Of a stretch of 64,000 nucleotides of DNA, positions 59,608 to 64,000 are shown piece by piece; the first letter of the stretch is position 1, and each line of letters starts with the position of its first letter. The position numbers and the translations under genes are program-made. Origin of the DNA: an uncultured virus (IMG/VR IMGVR_UViG_3300031555_005587) (taxonomy: Duplodnaviria > Heunggongvirae > Uroviricota > Caudoviricetes); IMG/VR virus record IMGVR_UViG_3300031555_005587, positions 1 through 64,000 of that record; one strand, written 5' to 3'. The notes beneath the pieces were generated by a model. It saw only the letters and a list, made by a program, of their open reading frames with translations. It did not search any database and was not told the origin of the DNA.

Positions 59608-61767
59608 TTATCCTTCATATCCAGGAGGATATTGATTTACATCAATGAGTGGTCGTTCATTTGGTTTTGGAATTTTTGTATCCATTATATTTTTATAACA
59701 TTGAAGAAGTTGTGTACGCATATTCTGTAGATATGGTTTACTATGAGGAACAATATATTTCTTACTACCAACTTCAAGTAATTCAATATACCATTCAACC
59801 AATTCAATCTTAGAAATACAATATGAAGCAATCATATGTTTATCAGTTGCATCTCTAATGGATTCTGTTTCAATTGTAATATATGCTACAGTATCTGCAG
59901 GAATCTTCTTTAATTTTTTTACACCAAATTTTTCCTGTAGATATTTAACTTCAGGATTTTTCTGATTGAAACACCATTCCTTATCCAAATTTTCATGAAT
60001 AAATTTATCTTCATATTTTTGGATATCTTCAGAGTATACACCTTCAAAATATTTGTTAACTTCTTCAGGTAATGAATATAGATCTTGTAAACTTTCATTA
60101 AGGGGATCGGATGATTCTCTTATCTTTTTAATAATGTCTTCAAGATCATTGATAATACGTTTCTTTTCTTTATCAGGAGCAGCATATCTTGTATAGATAT
60201 TTCTAATGAATTTAGTTACTGTATTGATATCTTCCTGAGAAATTTTAAATGTGTTCTTATTACTCATATCAACATCATCAAAAATAAAGAGTAACTGCAT
60301 AGGTAGAGTTACAATACCACTAAGTTTAGTAGTAACTACTAAGTATTTTAACTCTCTATTCAATTTCATTACTTCATTCATGATCTTTGTAGAATAAATT
60401 TCTACTCCTGAATCATAATATTTTATTAGTGCTTTAAAGAAGTTGAAAGCATCATCAGGATTCTTCATTGTATGGAAGATACGAGGAGACATTTTAATAT
60501 GAATCTCTGGATTCTGATGTAAAAATCCATTGAGAGTTTCTCTACCGCCTACAAATCGAGACACAAAATCTTTACCCATCTTAGGGGTTTTGATTTGTAA
60601 AGTATTAAAAGACTGATAAGAATCTAATGTGATAGAAAATTTTCTATATCCCTTCGCCCATACAGGTAGTAAGTTTTTTGTAATAATATTTGCATAGATA
60701 TTTGCAGTATACTGTGTAACTTTGTAATTCTGCTTATTATTGCAATTATTAATAATATCCTGAGATAATTGTCTTAACACTTTCTTCGCTTCAGCTTCTG
60801 ACATCTCACTATTATATTCAGGCTCAGGATTATTTGATTCTAGTAGTACATTTGGAACAAGTCCTTCCATTCGGGACCATAATTTTTCTACATATACAGA
60901 ATCAAGATTTAAATGGAATAGTGCAGTATCATCAGATTCTTCATATATCAATTCTTTTGTACCATTATCTTCCATATTACATTCATTTAGAATAAGATCA
61001 ATAATCTCTTCATTGATATTCTCAGACATCTCATTGACTACTTGAATAGTTCCGGAATATGTACCATCTGAATGTCTACACAGCAAAGTATCTCCAATTT
61101 CACCATTCTCTGTAATGGAATCAGTTAATTTGGTCTTGTTTAAGATCATTTGATTAGATTCTAAAATAAACTTTTGTAATCCATATGGAAGTTCTTCCAT
61201 TTCAATAAACATAATCTCATTATGATGATCCATATCATTGACGGATTCTTTTATTGGTTTTATATTCTTTATAGGTTTATCTTCAAATAGTTCCCATAAT
61301 TCTTTTGCAACTTTTTGTTTAGTCCATAGATCTAAACCTTCAAAATGTTCCCCATGTTCTGATTCACAAGTAAGTTTCATGTCATACTTACGACGAACTT
61401 TACTTCTGACAGATACATGTACATTTCTAATCAATCCATGGAAGAATTCTTCATCTTCCGTATTACGATTATTAGTAACATGAGCAGTTAGTTGAATCAT
61501 ACAACTGTAACGTTTACCTTGTTTATAGATTCTAACTGAGCCAACTTCAGATCTGTCTGATGGTACCGTTAGAAATTCTTCCAACATAGTTTTTGCCCAC
61601 TGTTGTGTATTAAGATATTCATATTTCTTAGAATTAAACATAGTATTTGCTGTAGTAGCAACTAACTTATGTACTTCCATAACTCTAATACGGACATCTT
61701 CCGGTAGATCACCTAGATAGACATCACGTACTTGTTTAGTAGCTTTACTGATGGCCATATTATACAT
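59608..61767 (-). CDS. Putative internal head/virion protein (719 aa)
   Basis: Adjacent to the capsid candidate; repeated hydrophobic-x-E-S motifs (IKES, ILES, LLES, IRES, LNES). Confidence 0.45.
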   Translation of the reverse strand: MYNMAISKATKQVRDVYLGDLPEDVRIRVMEVHKLVATTANTMFNSKKYEYLNTQQWAKTMLEEFLTVPSDRSEVGSVRIYKQGKRYSCMIQLTAHVTNNRNTEDEEFFHGLIRNVHVSVRSKVRRKYDMKLTCESEHGEHFEGLDLWTKQKVAKELWELFEDKPIKNIKPIKESVNDMDHHNEIMFIEMEELPYGLQKFILESNQMILNKTKLTDSITENGEIGDTLLCRHSDGTYSGTIQVVNEMSENINEEIIDLILNECNMEDNGTKELIYEESDDTALFHLNLDSVYVEKLWSRMEGLVPNVLLESNNPEPEYNSEMSEAEAKKVLRQLSQDIINNCNNKQNYKVTQYTANIYANIITKNLLPVWAKGYRKFSITLDSYQSFNTLQIKTPKMGKDFVSRFVGGRETLNGFLHQNPEIHIKMSPRIFHTMKNPDDAFNFFKALIKYYDSGVEIYSTKIMNEVMKLNRELKYLVVTTKLSGIVTLPMQLLFIFDDVDMSNKNTFKISQEDINTVTKFIRNIYTRYAAPDKEKKRIINDLEDIIKKIRESSDPLNESLQDLYSLPEEVNKYFEGVYSEDIQKYEDKFIHENLDKEWCFNQKNPEVKYLQEKFGVKKLKKIPADTVAYITIETESIRDATDKHMIASYCISKIELVEWYIELLEVGSKKYIVPHSKPYLQNMRTQLLQCYKNIMDTKIPKPNERPLIDVNQYPPGYEG

Positions 61768-61899
61768 CTCCTTACTTAAATTATTCTCTGAGTAAATTCA
61801 TTATAATCTAGTCGGTTAAAATATGATATAGTAGCAGGGTTAAACCCTGCTACTATATCTGAGGAGGTATTTACATGCCAAATGTATCGTATTACATGA

Positions 61900-63777
61900 T
61901 TAGATCATGCTAGAAGCACTTGTTACCATAGTATCCCAAGGTGCACCAACTACAGGTGGACGAGTAGGAGCATCACCGTATACCTTAGCAGAGTTGAGCA
62001 TAATCAAGTCAGCCTGGATACCCTGAATTGCAAGAGTCTTGAATCGGCTAGTAGCAGTAACAATGTTGTATGCACCGCCAGGAGCATTAGGACTCTGGTA
62101 AGCAGTCTGAGACTGAGAAGTCAACAGATGAGAAGTATACTTCAAGTGACGGAAGCTAATGTGTTCAGCATCTGTAGGATAACCATAGATGTGAAGTACA
62201 AGTTCACGACAATTCTGAGTTGCACCATAAGGATCTTTAGATTCTACAGGATCAACTGTATATGCATCATACAAGTTAGTAGCAACTACACGGATGTTAG
62301 CACCCATATCAGTAGCGAAACCATATGCGTTGTTTACATCAATACCACCGATGCTTGCACCCTGCTGAACTTTCCAACCAACGAATTCAGAAATAAGCTG
62401 AGTAGCCATTGGGTTACCAACGATAACAAAGGAAAGACCTTCGATCTTAGCCATTTCAGTCAAGTGATGGATGATACTCTTAAGCTTGAACTGGATAGCA
62501 GTGCTGATGTATTTGAAAGGATCACCAGCGAAACCAGCAGGAGGATTCAAGTCAACCTTGTAAGAACGAGCCATGCTTTCAAGCTTGTATGTATCAGTTA
62601 CAACACCCTCATACTTCTTAAATTCATCATTTAAGAACTGGATAACAGTCATACATTCGTTCATTTCCTGAACACGAACGATTTCATCTACCATACGGTT
62701 GTAGTAGTTGATATCAAGCAATGCAGCAGCATCTTCAATCTCTTCGATAGAGAAAGGCATGTTATAACGAGCACCATCTTCGATAGTGAAACGAAGAATG
62801 TCACGTTTCTCACGTACAGATACATGACGAAGGTTCTTTTCATTAGAAAGGTAACCAGAGAAGATTACACCTTCAACCTGACCAGTAGTAGAAGCCATAG
62901 AGATAATACCCTTCATGAAGTCTACCTTGCCAGCAAGAACATCATCGATCTGAGTACCTTCATGTACGAAGTTCAAATCACCGTTTACAAGAGTACCACC
63001 AGTACTGAATTCAACAGTAATACCATTACCACGAAGAATAATAGTTTCACCACCAACTACGATACCGATGATCTTGAACTGGAAGCTGAGCTTATCAATT
63101 GCAGGATTACCATCTGTCAAGTTAGAGATAATGTCGAACTTGTTAAGACGACCATCTTCGAACATAACAGCTTCTTCACGAATAGGATGACCCTTAGCTG
63201 CAGCCCACATTTTCTGCCAAGTACCATCAAACATGCACTTAGGATATTCAAGCTCTTCACCAGTCTGGTTGTTAACAATGTAAGTGGTACGAATATGTTT
63301 GGTAATAGCAGGAGACTTAACAGTCTCAACTTCGATGATATCTTTAATGATAGAGCTGAAGAACTGCTTAACCAGCACAGGGAATTCTAAAGTAGCGATA
63401 GGTAGGAAACCAGTGATAGAAGCAGACTCAGTATAGCTGCGAACTTTGGTATCCCAGAATCTTTCAACATTTTCAATTACAGAAGCAACGTGAGGGTCAT
63501 TAGGGGACATCTCTCTATATGCTTCAAATACAGGAGTCAATAAATCAGTCTTATACTGCTCCATGAATGCACGGTCACTTAACATTGCACGAGAGTCACG
63601 CTTAATGTCAATACCGATCTGATTTTTGTAACTTTCATAAAGTTCCTCAAAGTGTTCATTGAAGGATTTAGTTCCTTCCTTTTGGAATGCACCGAAAGAG
63701 CTCTTATGCTCTTCATATGCACTGTTTTTGCGTTCATTAGCTGATTCATAAAACCAGCCTACACCATTCTTAGCCAT
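61900..63777 (-). CDS. Major capsid protein precursor (probable)
   Basis: 625 aa with very strong high-expression codon bias; FYES/YTES putative maturation sites; FVIVGNP; position near terminase, sheath and tube genes. Confidence 0.65.
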   Translation of the reverse strand: MAKNGVGWFYESANERKNSAYEEHKSSFGAFQKEGTKSFNEHFEELYESYKNQIGIDIKRDSRAMLSDRAFMEQYKTDLLTPVFEAYREMSPNDPHVASVIENVERFWDTKVRSYTESASITGFLPIATLEFPVLVKQFFSSIIKDIIEVETVKSPAITKHIRTTYIVNNQTGEELEYPKCMFDGTWQKMWAAAKGHPIREEAVMFEDGRLNKFDIISNLTDGNPAIDKLSFQFKIIGIVVGGETIILRGNGITVEFSTGGTLVNGDLNFVHEGTQIDDVLAGKVDFMKGIISMASTTGQVEGVIFSGYLSNEKNLRHVSVREKRDILRFTIEDGARYNMPFSIEEIEDAAALLDINYYNRMVDEIVRVQEMNECMTVIQFLNDEFKKYEGVVTDTYKLESMARSYKVDLNPPAGFAGDPFKYISTAIQFKLKSIIHHLTEMAKIEGLSFVIVGNPMATQLISEFVGWKVQQGASIGGIDVNNAYGFATDMGANIRVVATNLYDAYTVDPVESKDPYGATQNCRELVLHIYGYPTDAEHISFRHLKYTSHLLTSQSQTAYQSPNAPGGAYNIVTATSRFKTLAIQGIQADLIMLNSAKVYGDAPTRPPVVGAPWDTMVTSASSMI

Positions 63778-63837
63778 GGATCATATCTCCTTTACTTTTA
63801 AATTTTTATTAGCTTTTGCCTCAAGATTACATAGTTG

Positions 63838-64000
63838 TTACTTAATATCCTTAATCCCTTTGCTAATTCCTTTATCAAAAGAATCATTTAGTAATTTGAG
63901 TAAATTCAAGCATTTGTTAAAGAATAGTAAGTTCTTAGAATAGTTCTCATTTACGAAATAATTCTTCAGATATAGATGAATGTTTTCATCTAGCTTGGAT
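63838..64000 (-). CDS. C-terminal end of a gene entering from the window edge
   Basis: Open frame SKLDENIHLYLKNYFVNENYSKNLLFFNKCLNLLKLLNDSFDKGISKGIKDIK-stop. Confidence 0.6.
   Translation of the reverse strand, partial: SKLDENIHLYLKNYFVNENYSKNLLFFNKCLNLLKLLNDSFDKGISKGIKDIK

Noticed and set aside
62128..63390. Long antisense ORFs (also 16572-17069, 36280-36726 and others in the track)
   Set aside because: They shadow strongly codon-biased genes on the opposite strand and lack recognisable motifs.
1..64000. tRNA/rRNA genes, CRISPR arrays, integrase, diversity-generating retroelement
   Set aside because: None recognised by eye, and no reverse transcriptase or template/variable repeat pair was seen. 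tRNAscan-SE and Infernal would be needed to exclude small RNAs.

Overview
This AT-rich window is part of a jumbo phage genome of the phiKZ/AR9-like type. Strong GGAGG ribosome-binding sites and MucBP-like domains suggest a gut Firmicutes/Clostridia host (inference). It holds a RecA/UvsX-like gene, uracil-DNA glycosylase, a 5'-3' exonuclease, tail fibre, sheath and tube genes, a probable major capsid gene, a DHH phosphoesterase, a deaminase, a FolD-like gene and an ABC exporter. A phage RNA polymerase beta C-terminal subunit is split by two group I introns, and the terminase large subunit by a third; I resolved all splice junctions by eye from P1/P10 pairing. The most striking element is a module at 21.2-27.1 kb inside the fibre region. 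It consists of a radical SAM/SPASM enzyme with a mini-intein inside its CxxxCxxC motif, a ~750-aa protein with about 88 cysteines mostly in Cxxx register, and a small partner protein. It resembles a bacterial CXXX-repeat peptide-modification system repurposed to modify a large, possibly virion-borne protein. Other oddities: a free-standing dead intein, a pseudo-helicase, a doubly frameshifted HNH gene inside intron P1, two candidate phage promoter motifs, and intergenic perfect palindromes with 0-2 nt centres. All calls come from motif recognition by eye; no database searches were run.
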